Source of the DNA: Gammaproteobacteria bacterium CG11_big_fil_rev_8_21_14_0_20_46_22
GTDB taxonomy: Bacteria; Pseudomonadota; Gammaproteobacteria; UBA12402
DNA: 64,000 nt
Assembly: GCA_002796245.1 (NCBI GenBank)
Contig: PCWT01000051.1
Coordinates: forward strand, 71,954-135,953
Direction of reading: 5' to 3'
Below the pieces are notes generated by a model. The model did no database searches. It saw only the letters and a list, made by a program, of their open reading frames with translations, and was not told the DNA's origin. Positions within the stretch are counted from its first letter, which is position 1; each line of letters starts with the position of its first letter. The position numbers were made by a program, and so were the translations under genes. This document shows positions 31,744-42,319 of the stretch, in pieces.

Positions 31744-33273
31744 TTAGAAGTAGATACCTAACTGTGCAGTGATCGCATTCGAGCTCTTACCAAGCGCAGA
31801 CGGATCGTAGGCGGTTTGAATCGTGCCGGCTTCGTTGTGTGTGGCCGAACTGCTCTTACCGTAGTTAGTGTCATGACGGAATTCAAACGTTAACAAGGTG
31901 TAACGTCGAATCGCCAACTGCAAAGCAGCCAAATAACGTGCTTCAGGAATATTAAAGCCCAACGCTTGGTATGAACGACCGTAGCTCAAACCAAAAGTCA
32001 CCGGCATATTTAACATGTGGAAGTTGTAATCGCCTTCGACTGTGTACGCACTTGGCTTCGCACCACGACCATTATAAGAAATATCATTCGCAGAGAAGCG
32101 GCGCAAGGCACTTAAGTACTCAGCTAAAACGGTGAAATTCCCATAACCCAGGTTCGTGTGCACATCAGCCGCGTGCACGACGTGATCAATATTCTCAGCC
32201 GTTGAACTTTGATTAAAGCCTGTAAAGGCAGCTGAAGAACCCGTGTCTTGCATGCCATCAACATCGGCCATATTGCGTACCGCACTCACACCCACGTTCG
32301 CCGTAAACTTGCCGACTTTTCCATTGTAGCCCACATCCACACCACCATTATTGATGCGCGGGTCAGAACTTGTCGAGGCCGCACCGCGATACACAAAGGC
32401 TTCGGCGTAAGGACGGTTGTCATGTTGTGAACGGTAACCCACTTCCAGCGCACGCGCTTTGGTTTTACCCAAATATTTGGTGAGCGGATCGCTGATCATG
32501 ATACTTGAATAGCGGCCAAATGGCACATACAACTGACCCAAGGAGCCAAAAATCGGCGACTTCATAAAGTTACCAATCGTCACGTAACCTTGATTTAAGT
32601 AAATGCGTGAATTATCTAAACCACGATCGGTATCCACAGCCGCAGAGTTATCATACGAAAACTCCATCAAACCCGAGACCCACGGCGTTACGACAGCTTG
32701 CGCCATTAAGTCCGCACCCGTCAAATCGATATCGCTGTTGGATTTACCTTGGTACGTGTTTGAGTACTGAGCGATACCCACAACGTCACCACTTAACACC
32801 AAACGCGGCAAGGATGGCCATTCACCCATTTCTTTTTTGTAGTACTCCATCGCCTTCTTCGTACGGTTAAGTAACTCAATATTTTCATTGATACTTGGCG
32901 CATTAATAATAAAGCTAGAACCGTCGTAGTGAGCCGGCACACCTGTCGCTGGCGCCAATACCACAGAGTTACCAAAATGAACATAACCCGGCGTGTTCAC
33001 CACATAATGCTTCTGAGCACCCTTAAGGTGACCGTATTCTGTTTTCACATCTGTGGTGTTATGTCGAGCACGGTTGACGTGTTGCCGATGTTTCAGCTGA
33101 GCTTTTAAAGTACCCACTTGTTGTTGCAAGGCAGCCATTTGCTTTTGCATGGCCTGCATTTCTTGGGTCACTTCTTTTAGGGCGGCCGCATCCTTGCTTG
33201 AGCCATCGGCCGCCAGCACCGCTGTACTCACGGTGGCTAAACTAATAGCAGCAACTAAGGCCTTGATTCTCAT
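31744..33273 (-). CDS. putative outer-membrane beta-barrel porin with N-terminal coiled-coil segment
   Basis: 509 aa; signal peptide; a Q/A-rich helical stretch, then alternating-hydrophobic beta-strand pattern rich in Y/G/N/S; C-terminal ...QLGIYF (terminal Phe). Confidence 0.65.
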   Translation of the reverse strand: MRIKALVAAISLATVSTAVLAADGSSKDAAALKEVTQEMQAMQKQMAALQQQVGTLKAQLKHRQHVNRARHNTTDVKTEYGHLKGAQKHYVVNTPGYVHFGNSVVLAPATGVPAHYDGSSFIINAPSINENIELLNRTKKAMEYYKKEMGEWPSLPRLVLSGDVVGIAQYSNTYQGKSNSDIDLTGADLMAQAVVTPWVSGLMEFSYDNSAAVDTDRGLDNSRIYLNQGYVTIGNFMKSPIFGSLGQLYVPFGRYSSIMISDPLTKYLGKTKARALEVGYRSQHDNRPYAEAFVYRGAASTSSDPRINNGGVDVGYNGKVGKFTANVGVSAVRNMADVDGMQDTGSSAAFTGFNQSSTAENIDHVVHAADVHTNLGYGNFTVLAEYLSALRRFSANDISYNGRGAKPSAYTVEGDYNFHMLNMPVTFGLSYGRSYQALGFNIPEARYLAALQLAIRRYTLLTFEFRHDTNYGKSSSATHNEAGTIQTAYDPSALGKSSNAITAQLGIYF

Positions 33274-34760
33274 GGGTTTAACTCCTCATTATTTAAAAGA
33301 TAACGCCGCACCACGTTTCGCGACACGACAAAAATACCAGCAAACGCGAAAAGCGCAATGGCTGAGTTCAAAAACAGCGTTTCATAGATATGGCAGGCTT
33401 TAAAAATGGCCGCTTGAGAGTCCAGCTTGAACGAGATTTGACCATATTTTGACAGCACGCCGGTTAAAAATCCGGCAACGGCATTCGATAACATCCAGAT
33501 GCTGACCAACAGTGTCTCCTTGCCCCTGGGCGCGAGCTTCGTGACCAAGGCCAAACTGATCGGCACCATGCACAACTCACCCATCGGGAAGACAAAATAC
33601 GCTACCACCACAAAAAACGGTGAAGCATGACCGTGAACCAAGGCTGATTTCGCCGCGAAAACGAAGATCAAGAAGCCCAAACCCAGCATAGCCATACCCA
33701 AGGCAAACTTATCCGTGACCAAGGGTGAGCGCTTTTGCTTGGATAAATTCACCCAAAGTGTTGCCAAGAACGGACCGATGATCAACATAAAAATGGGATC
33801 CAAAGCATAAAACGCTGAGGTCGGAATCGTCGTACCCATCACCTTGCGATCAATAATACGCTGAATAAACAAATTCAACGTGGTACCGCCCATATTCAGC
33901 ATGGCCTCAAACACGATCACACCTATAATGCCGATCAATATTAACAGCAAGTTTTTGCGCTCAGCCTGCGTACCTTTGATAAGCAATCGCGCCATCATGA
34001 GTAGTACAACGGCAAACGAGACCACCATCAAACTCGTGTCTAAATTTTTATACAACATCACATAGCACACCGGCACCATGCAGGCCAGCAAGCCATACAC
34101 CAAGGTTTTCGATTTGAAACGCTTGTGTGGCGTGACCTGCCCTGTGGCACTGGGCATGCGGAAAAACGCCTGCAAGTGTTTTTGCCCCAAGATAAAAACG
34201 AGCAAACCCGAGGCCATCCCCACACTGCTTAAGATAAAGGCATAGTTCCAGCCAAAATGCTCACCCACAAAGCCGCAAGCAATCGGCGCCAACAACGCAC
34301 CGACGTTTTTACCTAAATAGTAAAAGGTGAAACCCGCATCACGCTTATGTTCATTATTTTTGTACATTGCACTCAGTAAAGGCGGCAAGCTGGGTAAAAA
34401 CAAGCCATACCCCACGGTGACAATGGCCAGGCCAATATACACCACGTCTGGCGCAGGCAATACCATTAAGGCATTGCCGATCGTCATGAGGCTCGCCCCC
34501 AAAATAATGGCCACTCGCGAGCCAAAGTAGCGATCAGCCAAATAACCGCCCACAATGGGTGTGCCAAAAATCAGCGCCATAAAGGTGCTGTAAACACTAA
34601 ACGCGTGGCTGTCAGCAATATTAAAGGTGTGCGTAAGATACAGCACCAATAAGGCCGTGATACCAAAACGACCAAAGAGCTCCCACATCTCGGTGTAGAG
34701 CACCACATAAAAGCCTGGCGGGTTTTGCCTCAATCGAGACCTTAAAAGATTAAGCAACAT
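33270..34760 (-). CDS. POT/PTR2-family di-/tripeptide:proton symporter
   Basis: 496 aa, about 14 TM segments; N-terminal EMWELFGRFG motif matches the POT signature ExxERFxYYG; 4-bp overlap with the porin gene. Confidence 0.8.
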   Translation of the reverse strand: MLLNLLRSRLRQNPPGFYVVLYTEMWELFGRFGITALLVLYLTHTFNIADSHAFSVYSTFMALIFGTPIVGGYLADRYFGSRVAIILGASLMTIGNALMVLPAPDVVYIGLAIVTVGYGLFLPSLPPLLSAMYKNNEHKRDAGFTFYYLGKNVGALLAPIACGFVGEHFGWNYAFILSSVGMASGLLVFILGQKHLQAFFRMPSATGQVTPHKRFKSKTLVYGLLACMVPVCYVMLYKNLDTSLMVVSFAVVLLMMARLLIKGTQAERKNLLLILIGIIGVIVFEAMLNMGGTTLNLFIQRIIDRKVMGTTIPTSAFYALDPIFMLIIGPFLATLWVNLSKQKRSPLVTDKFALGMAMLGLGFLIFVFAAKSALVHGHASPFFVVVAYFVFPMGELCMVPISLALVTKLAPRGKETLLVSIWMLSNAVAGFLTGVLSKYGQISFKLDSQAAIFKACHIYETLFLNSAIALFAFAGIFVVSRNVVRRYLLNNEELNP

Positions 34761-35028
34761 AACAATTGTCCCAAAGTCGTTTAATAAAAAATGAAAGAAA
34801 ACGCGGATACGAAAAAATTAGGCCCTGGCAGGCCACCAATAACAATAAGACTGTAGGACGTCTGTGTGAATCACTGGAACATTACCGCTTGATTGAAAAA
34901 ACACGATACCAGATTTTACCAGGCCGTCAACCCGAAGATGCGGCGTGCTCCAAGCGCCGCCATTTACTTAAGGATATAAAAAATGTGCCGAATTTTGAGC
35001 AAAAAAAAGCAGCGAGGATAACCCGGGT

Positions 35029-35511
35029 TTAGTCTCGAAAGTTATCAAACTGCACGGGAAAATCAATTTTCGCCTCACGCAACATCGCGATCACATCTTG
35101 CAAATCATCACGTTTTTTACCGGTCACGCGGACTTGTTCACCTTGAATCTGCGCCTGCACTTTAAGCTTGCTGTCTTTAATCAATGTCGTGAGTTTTTTC
35201 GCCTGATCGCGATCGATACCCTGCTTCAAGGTCAACACTTGTTTGGCTTCACTTAAATTCGTGTGGATATCACCTGCCTCATAACAACGACCATCCAGCC
35301 CACGCTTAATCAGCTTACCCACCAAAATATCCAGCATTTGCTTGACCTGAAAATCACTGGGCGCCTTCAATGTGATTTCTTTATCCGTGTGCTCAAAACT
35401 CGCATTCGTGCCTTTAAAGTCAAACCGCTGACTCACTTCGCGATTCGCCTGATCCACAGCATTCGTTAATTCGTGATGATCGATTTCTGACACAATATCA
35501 AATGATGGCAT
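35029..35511 (-). CDS. yajQ: YajQ-family (UPF0234) nucleotide/c-di-GMP-binding protein
   Basis: 160 aa; N-terminus MPSFDIVSEIDHHELTNAVDQANREVSQRFDFKG is the YajQ family signature. Confidence 0.85.
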   Translation of the reverse strand: MPSFDIVSEIDHHELTNAVDQANREVSQRFDFKGTNASFEHTDKEITLKAPSDFQVKQMLDILVGKLIKRGLDGRCYEAGDIHTNLSEAKQVLTLKQGIDRDQAKKLTTLIKDSKLKVQAQIQGEQVRVTGKKRDDLQDVIAMLREAKIDFPVQFDNFRD

Positions 35512-35781
35512 AGTGCTCCCTCCTTACAATCTGCGCTCAGTGTAAACGAAATAGCGTGAACATCAAGGTGACGGGGGTCTATTGCCCCCGATCTTGAGCA
35601 AGCAGCTCATGAATCAGATTAAATAGCTGCGTATTCGGGTAAAAATACGGCTCATGCCAACCTTCAGCAAGCAGTGACTCAAGCTGATCATCGCTAATCT
35701 CTCCATAGAGAAACGCCTTTAAAGCCGCTTGCACTCACCTGCCGGCAGACATACACTGTTCGCCACACACAGGAGTCGCCC

Positions 35782-36489
35782 ATGATTGAACTCATTCAAT
35801 TTTACCCGGCCTGGAATATTCCCAATGCCAGTCCATTTTGCATGAAGCTTGAAACCTACCTCAAAATGGCGAGCATCCCGTATCAAAACGGCTACACCAA
35901 TGACCCGCGCAAGATGCCTAACGGCAAACTGCCTGCCATCAAAGACAACGGCAAGCTGATTGTCGACAGTCGCCTGATCATCACTCACCTGGAAAACACT
36001 CATGGCCAGCCGCTAGATGGTCACTTAAGTGCCAGCGAAAAAGCCACGGCGCACGCTTTTGGCCGCATGATCGAAGAACATCTATATTGGGGCATGGTGT
36101 ATAGCCGATGGATCATGCCTGAGAATTTCTCGCGACTTTGCCAAGATTGGTTTAGTGTACTGCCTTGGCCATTGCGTCTTTTCATCCCTAAAAAGCTGCA
36201 GAAAAATGTGCGCGCACAACTCAATGGCGCGGGCCTTGGTCGCCTCACCCACGAGCAAATCATCACCTTGTGCCAGCAAGACATCGACGCCCTGGCCGAT
36301 TTTCTCGGCGACAAAACCTTTTTCATGGGTGAGCAGCCTTCCAGTATCGACGCTTGCGTACATGCAATCTTAGTGGGCCTGATGAACGTACCCATTGAAT
36401 CTGAAATCAAAACCCATGCGCTATCAAAAACGAATTTAACGGCTTATTGCCAACGCATGAACCAACGTTACTGGGCAGACAAGGCTTAG
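35782..36489 (+). CDS. glutathione S-transferase-like (thioredoxin-fold) family protein
   Basis: 235 aa; N-terminal GST_N-like beta-alpha-beta region with cis-Pro (KLPAIKDNG) pattern; helical C-terminal domain. Confidence 0.55.
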   Translation: MIELIQFYPAWNIPNASPFCMKLETYLKMASIPYQNGYTNDPRKMPNGKLPAIKDNGKLIVDSRLIITHLENTHGQPLDGHLSASEKATAHAFGRMIEEHLYWGMVYSRWIMPENFSRLCQDWFSVLPWPLRLFIPKKLQKNVRAQLNGAGLGRLTHEQIITLCQQDIDALADFLGDKTFFMGEQPSSIDACVHAILVGLMNVPIESEIKTHALSKTNLTAYCQRMNQRYWADKA

Positions 36490-36490
36490 C

Positions 36491-37990
36491 ATGAAACGCC
36501 TGACGATCTCACACGTTTTATCTGCGCTGATCGCAGGCTGCCTTTTGCCTTTTGCCTTTTCACCACACGGTATCTGGCCGCTGGCCATCGTGTGCCCTGC
36601 GGTTTTATTACACGTCTGGCTTAAACAAAATGCCCGCCAAGCCTTCATCAGCGGCTGGCTATTTGGCTTAGGTTTTTTTGCCGTAGGCGTGTGGTGGGTC
36701 TTTATCAGTATACATGAGTTTGGCAACACCAATGCCGTGCTCGCCTTCCTGCTCACCGCACTGTTTGTGATCTTCTTAGGCTTTTGGTTTGGTGTGCAAG
36801 GCGTCCTATTTCACTGGCTGAACCGCAGCCGTTTAGCGCTTTGGTTTGTGCTGCTTTTTCCAGCAAGCTGGCTCTTTTTTGCCTGGCTGTTTGAATGGGT
36901 GCTCACAGGCTTTCCCTGGTTACAGCTGGGCACGAGTCAAGTCGCAAGCCCTTTGGCGGGTTATTTGCCGCTCTTTGGTGTTTTGGGTACCAGCGGTATT
37001 GTCGCGCTGTGCAGCGCCTTATTGGTGTCAATCATTGAATCACAGATCACATTAAAAACAAGAATTACTTCATTGTTTTTATTTATAATTATATTCGCTC
37101 TCGGCGGCCTGTGCCGCACCATCAGCTGGAGTGGCCAGCTGCCTGGCAAACCGATGAACTTCGCACTCGTGCAAGGCAATATCGCCCAAAGCCTGCGCTG
37201 GGACCCGAACCACGTCGATGCCATTTTGGCCAAATACCGCCGCATCAGTACCCCATACTTCAAGCACAATACGCTCGTGGTTTGGCCGGAAAATGCCCTG
37301 CCTATTCCGGCAAGCTATGCGGGTGGTTACTTATACCAGCTCCATACGCTGGCTAAAGATCACCAAACCACCCTCATGACGGGCATGCCGGTGGCTCACC
37401 AAGAAGACTATTACAATGGCCTACTCATGCTCGGCCAGCACACCGGCTATTACTTCAAACGCCACTTGGTGCCCTTTGGTGAATACTTACCCTACGATAA
37501 CTATCTGCGCGGGCTCATCAATTTTTTCAACATCCCCATGTCGAATTTTGTGCCGGGGCCTGCCAACCCAGCACCGCTGACTGTGGGCAACCTCGTCATT
37601 GCACCGCTCATTTGCTATGAAATTGCCTACAGCTCACTGCTACGCACCGACTTACCAAGCGCCGATATCATACTGGTGATCAGCGACGATGCTTGGTTTG
37701 GTGATTCAGCCGCGGCCAGCCAACAAATCGAAATTTCACGCGCGCAAGCCATCGCCTCGGCAAGACCGCTGCTCGCGGCGAGCAATAACGGCATCACCGC
37801 GGTGATCAGCCCGAAAGGCGAGATCACTCAACGCGCACCGCGCTTTAAAACGGCCATTCTCACCGGCACATTAACCGGCTATCGCGGCGCCACGCCCTGG
37901 GTGGCTTGGGGCAATTCACCGGTGATGTTATTCATTGTGATCGTATTTATCGCGAGCCTTTTCACGCGACGCAAACGCAAAAACGCTTGA
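36491..37990 (+). CDS. lnt: apolipoprotein N-acyltransferase
   Basis: 499 aa; N-terminal multi-TM region plus a C-terminal CN-hydrolase domain with the catalytic Cys in LICYEIAY. Confidence 0.85.
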   Translation: MKRLTISHVLSALIAGCLLPFAFSPHGIWPLAIVCPAVLLHVWLKQNARQAFISGWLFGLGFFAVGVWWVFISIHEFGNTNAVLAFLLTALFVIFLGFWFGVQGVLFHWLNRSRLALWFVLLFPASWLFFAWLFEWVLTGFPWLQLGTSQVASPLAGYLPLFGVLGTSGIVALCSALLVSIIESQITLKTRITSLFLFIIIFALGGLCRTISWSGQLPGKPMNFALVQGNIAQSLRWDPNHVDAILAKYRRISTPYFKHNTLVVWPENALPIPASYAGGYLYQLHTLAKDHQTTLMTGMPVAHQEDYYNGLLMLGQHTGYYFKRHLVPFGEYLPYDNYLRGLINFFNIPMSNFVPGPANPAPLTVGNLVIAPLICYEIAYSSLLRTDLPSADIILVISDDAWFGDSAAASQQIEISRAQAIASARPLLAASNNGITAVISPKGEITQRAPRFKTAILTGTLTGYRGATPWVAWGNSPVMLFIVIVFIASLFTRRKRKNA

Positions 37991-38100
37991 CCCGAGCACG
38001 CCAAACCGTAAGATAGTTTGCGGGCACAGCCTAAAAAGCAACATGACCTTGCAACTTCAATCGCATGATGCACATCCAAAATAATAAAACAACGAGGTAT

Positions 38101-39231
38101 ATGAGCATGACAAAGCACCGTGGGACGGGCAAAAAACGCAGACAAATAGACGCAAATAAAGCTGAACAAAGGTACAAGGCCCTCACAGCGGATCAAGACC
38201 GTCTAGTGCAAGAAAAACGGCGAGAACAGCTCGGGCAAAGAGCCCTCGCGCTTCGAAGCCAAGCGCCTCCACCGGCCGCGACAGGTGTCCAAGCTAATAC
38301 AGAAAGCCCTTTCGAGCTCCATAGAACCATCGAGCACCTTAAAAAGCGCCTCGACGATTCACGAGCCACACAAACTCGCGAGGCAGACGAGCACCTAGTG
38401 AGGTCTAACAGACAGCTGTCTGAAATCTCAGCGCTTAAAAGAGAGCTCACCGCTAAAAATCAACGCATCAGCACGCTTGAAGCTCAGTTAGCACAAGTAG
38501 AACGCAATTTAAACAGCGCGAACGAAAGCAATGCTCAGGCTGCGCAAGCTCAGACTGAGCAGGCCCAGAGCACCATAGAAAAACTAGAACAGGGATTAAC
38601 TGAACTCCGAGCAGAAAACTCTCAAGCACTACACAAAATTAGACGCCTGGAGCAGGCATACAGCCTCAGCCAACACGAGCACAAGGAAGCCACAGCAGCC
38701 CTGCAACAAACACACGCAACTGAGCTCGCCATCACCGCCGCTCAAAACCAGGCGTGGATTCTCCAAGTCGTCACATTACAAAGTCAGCACACCTCTTTAA
38801 AAAGACGTTTTTCAGAGCAAAAAAAGCTTTTAAACAATGCGCACCCAACACATCATGAGCTGCATAAAACAAAGCCAAATAACTCTGCTTCACCTGCTGA
38901 TCGACCACCACCGGCCAACTCAAACAGCGAAAACTATGACGGCCTCATTTTAACACTGATTCAGCAGGTCGATGAACTCACCAAGAGCAAGAAAAATGAA
39001 CAGCAAAAAAATGAAGAACTTAAAAGGAGGCTAAGTACACTTGAAGCACGACTTGCGCTCTATGAAACCACACCACCCCCAGAGTTCTCGCCATTTACAG
39101 GCATGTGTTTTTTTAACGAGAGACGCGGCTCTCTTGCCTCAGATAGATCAGATACACCGGATGCACAAAACCACACAACAGGTTCCCCCATAGGCAGCAG
39201 ACCTTCGCCAAGCTCAACCGGTTCAGACTGA
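38101..39231 (+). CDS. Gln/Ala-rich coiled-coil hypothetical protein (eukaryotic-like; candidate effector)
   Basis: About 376 aa from the ATG preceded by GAGG; long heptad/Q-rich helical region and Ser/Pro-rich C-terminus; no enzymatic motif. Confidence 0.5.
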   Translation: MSMTKHRGTGKKRRQIDANKAEQRYKALTADQDRLVQEKRREQLGQRALALRSQAPPPAATGVQANTESPFELHRTIEHLKKRLDDSRATQTREADEHLVRSNRQLSEISALKRELTAKNQRISTLEAQLAQVERNLNSANESNAQAAQAQTEQAQSTIEKLEQGLTELRAENSQALHKIRRLEQAYSLSQHEHKEATAALQQTHATELAITAAQNQAWILQVVTLQSQHTSLKRRFSEQKKLLNNAHPTHHELHKTKPNNSASPADRPPPANSNSENYDGLILTLIQQVDELTKSKKNEQQKNEELKRRLSTLEARLALYETTPPPEFSPFTGMCFFNERRGSLASDRSDTPDAQNHTTGSPIGSRPSPSSTGSD

Positions 39232-39310
39232 GCGAGCCAGCGCCTGCCCCTTGTCGTTGCGGCTTGAAAAGAGTATCCTTGCGAGCTCTTAATTAACAAG
39301 CCGCAAAGTC

Positions 39311-41803
39311 ATGATAGACGAACACTATAACCCCCAGGCCATAGAAGCCACCATCCAGACACTTTGGGAAGAAAAACAATCCTTTAAAGCCACCGAGGAC
39401 TTTAGCAAAGAGAAGTTTTATTGCCTGGCCATGTTCCCTTATCCTAGCGGTTATTTGCACATGGGCCATGTGCGAAACTATGCCTTGGCGGATGTCATCG
39501 CACGCTTCCAACGTCTACAGGGCAAAAACGTACTTCAGCCCATGGGCTTTGATGCCTTTGGCTTACCGGCTGAAAACGCTGCCCTAAAACACGGCGTGTC
39601 GCCCGCAAAATGGACTCGTGACAACATCGACCATATGCGTGAGCAACTCAAAAGCTTGGGCCTGGCTTACGACTGGAGTCGCGAAATTAAAACCTGCGAC
39701 CCAGAGTATTACCGCTGGGAGCAATGGCTGTTCTTAAAACTCTATGAAAAAGGCTTGGTGTATCGAAAAAATGCCGTGGTTAACTGGGACCCGGTGGACA
39801 ACACGGTACTGGCCAATGAGCAAGTCATTGATGGCCGTGGCTGGCGCTCTGGCGCGCTCGTCGAACAGCGCGAAATACCTCAGTGGTTTATTAAGATTAC
39901 CGCCTATGCCAATGAATTATTGGAAGATTTATCTGAACTTGAAGACTGGCCCGAGCAAGTGCGCACCATGCAGCGTAACTGGATTGGCCGCTCTGAAGGT
40001 GTGCGTGTCAGCTTCACCGTCGCCAGTCAAGACGCGCCCCTGAACGTCTTCACCACACGGGCCGACACTCTATTTGGCGTAAGCTACATCGCCCTTTGCC
40101 CAGAACATCCCTTGGCCAAACACGCAGCCCTCAGCCAACCTGCTGTCGCAGAACTCATTGAAGCCTGCAAACACACCAAAGTCTCCGAGGCTGACCTAGC
40201 CACCCAAGAGAAAAAAGGGGCGGACACAGGGTTAAAAGCCAAACACCCACTGACCGGGCAAGATATCCCGATCTGGGTCGCTAACTATGTGCTCGCCGAC
40301 TACGGCAGCGGCGCGGTCATGGCCGTACCCGCACACGACGCACGAGACTTTGAATTTGCAAAACAATACAATCTAGAGATCGTACCCGTTATCTCAGCGC
40401 CCGAAGAACACGACTTCAGCCAAGCTGCTTACACCGGCCCAGGTCAACTGATTCACTCTGGCGAATTCGACGGCCTAGACAGCACAAAAGCTAAAGACGC
40501 TATTGCCAAGCAGCTAGAAAGCAGCCATGCCGGCATGCGCGAAACCAACTTTCGCCTGCGTGACTGGGGGGTGTCTCGCCAGCGCTATTGGGGCACGCCG
40601 ATCCCGATCATTTATTGCGAAAGCTGCGGCGCCGTGCCTGTGCCGGAAAGCGAGCTTCCCGTCGTTCTACCCGAAGACCTTGAACTGCCCGAAAGCGGTT
40701 CAGCCTTAAAAGCGAGCCCCAGTTTCTATCAAACCGGCTGCCCGAAATGTAAAAAACCGGCCAAGCGCGAAACAGACACCTTCGACACCTTCATGGAATC
40801 GTCTTGGTATTTCGCACGCTTTGCCTGCCCCGATCAACACAAAGCCATGCTCGATGAGCGCGCCAAATACTGGATGCCGGTGGATCAATACATCGGTGGC
40901 GTTGAGCATGCTGTGCTTCACCTATTATATGCACGCTTTCTGTTCAAAGCACTGCGCGACGAAGGTTTTTTCCAAAGCAGCGAACCGTTTAAAGCCCTGC
41001 TTACACAAGGCATGGTGCTCAAAGACGGCACGAAAATGTCAAAATCGAAAGGCAACACGGTCGACCCGAAAGCCATCATAGAGCAATACGGTGCTGATAC
41101 GGCACGCTTTTTTAGTTTGTTTGCCGCCCCACCTGAGCAATCACTGGAGTGGGCCGACAAAGGTGTGGAAGGCGCTTACCGCTTCCTTAAACGTGTCTGG
41201 CAATTTGCGTATCAGCACGAGGACACGATCAGCGAAGAAAACATTGCACAAAAAGCTGATTCCATCACCGACATTCATTGGGATGGCATCGATAGTAGTT
41301 TAAAAGATATCCGCCGTGAAGTGCACACCTGTTTAAAACAAGCCACATTTGATATGCAGCGCCTGCAAATCAACACCGTGGCTTCGGCTTGCATGAAAAT
41401 GCTCAACACCCTGCAAACTTTGCCCGATATCGAGACCGATGACACACAAGCTAAAAACGCGATCCTTTGGGAAGGCGTGAGCATTTTGTTGCGTATTTTA
41501 AGCCCTATCTGTCCGCACATCTCACACTACTTGTTTAAACAATTAGGTTACGGCGTCATTTCAAAATCCAAATGGCCAAAAGCCAGCAACGCTGCGTTAA
41601 AGCAAGACAGCTTAAAATTAGCGGTGCAGGTTAACGGCAAAGTGCGGGACACCATCGAGGTGGCCGCCGACGCAGATAACGCAGCCATCGAGCGTTGCGC
41701 ACTATCCTCTGACAACGTGCAAAAGTTTATCGATGGCAAAGCAGTTAAGAAAGTGATTGTCGTGCCCAAAAAACTGGTGAGCATTGTGGTGGGAGATGCC
41801 TAG
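39311..41803 (+). CDS. leuS: leucine--tRNA ligase
   Basis: 830 aa; class-I HIGH (PYPSGYLHMGH) and KMSKS motifs. Confidence 0.95.
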   Translation: MIDEHYNPQAIEATIQTLWEEKQSFKATEDFSKEKFYCLAMFPYPSGYLHMGHVRNYALADVIARFQRLQGKNVLQPMGFDAFGLPAENAALKHGVSPAKWTRDNIDHMREQLKSLGLAYDWSREIKTCDPEYYRWEQWLFLKLYEKGLVYRKNAVVNWDPVDNTVLANEQVIDGRGWRSGALVEQREIPQWFIKITAYANELLEDLSELEDWPEQVRTMQRNWIGRSEGVRVSFTVASQDAPLNVFTTRADTLFGVSYIALCPEHPLAKHAALSQPAVAELIEACKHTKVSEADLATQEKKGADTGLKAKHPLTGQDIPIWVANYVLADYGSGAVMAVPAHDARDFEFAKQYNLEIVPVISAPEEHDFSQAAYTGPGQLIHSGEFDGLDSTKAKDAIAKQLESSHAGMRETNFRLRDWGVSRQRYWGTPIPIIYCESCGAVPVPESELPVVLPEDLELPESGSALKASPSFYQTGCPKCKKPAKRETDTFDTFMESSWYFARFACPDQHKAMLDERAKYWMPVDQYIGGVEHAVLHLLYARFLFKALRDEGFFQSSEPFKALLTQGMVLKDGTKMSKSKGNTVDPKAIIEQYGADTARFFSLFAAPPEQSLEWADKGVEGAYRFLKRVWQFAYQHEDTISEENIAQKADSITDIHWDGIDSSLKDIRREVHTCLKQATFDMQRLQINTVASACMKMLNTLQTLPDIETDDTQAKNAILWEGVSILLRILSPICPHISHYLFKQLGYGVISKSKWPKASNAALKQDSLKLAVQVNGKVRDTIEVAADADNAAIERCALSSDNVQKFIDGKAVKKVIVVPKKLVSIVVGDA

Positions 41804-42319
41804 ATGAAAAGCATCAGGCAGTTTCTGATCGCAGGCGCGTGCCTATTGCTCGCAGCCTGCGGTTTTCACTTAGCCAATAGCACACAAGCGCCGCCTGTCT
41901 TTAAGACGTTAAAGCTTGAAAGCAATGACCCGAATGGCGACTTCAGCAAGCTTGTTCGAAGTAATTTAAAACTTCAGGGGGTGAACATCAACCCCAAAGC
42001 GCCGATTACTCTAAAGCTTGAGCTGCCAAGCGCGACATACTCACAAGCCACATCAGGCTCGTCGCAAATTTCGCGTGACTACACTGTCGTTCAAAACGCG
42101 AGCTTTACGTTTATCAACAGCAAAACGCACAAAACAATTGATTCACGTGAATTCAGTGTTTCGCAATCATTGACACTCTACGCAGGCCAAATCATCAATA
42201 ACACTTCGCAGTTACAGTCGACCATCTCTGTATTAAGACGCAGTGTTCTAAACCAATTCTTTTTCTACCTTGAGTCTTCCGACCTTGTCAAGGCGGCAAA
42301 GGCTAGCCTGAAGCGATGA
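41804..42319 (+). CDS. lptE: LPS-assembly lipoprotein LptE
   Basis: 171 aa; lipobox LLAAC; conserved position between leuS and holA. Confidence 0.75.
   Translation: MKSIRQFLIAGACLLLAACGFHLANSTQAPPVFKTLKLESNDPNGDFSKLVRSNLKLQGVNINPKAPITLKLELPSATYSQATSGSSQISRDYTVVQNASFTFINSKTHKTIDSREFSVSQSLTLYAGQIINNTSQLQSTISVLRRSVLNQFFFYLESSDLVKAAKASLKR

Noticed and set aside
34766-35032. 88-aa plus-strand ORF exactly filling the POT-yajQ intergenic gap
   Set aside because: Very basic low-complexity sequence with no RBS; more likely the promoter/5' region of the POT-porin operon.
35719-36410. Minus-strand ORFs 35719..36003, 36021..36410 and 36082..36363
   Set aside because: Antisense to the well-supported GST-like gene; His/Arg/Cys-rich translations.
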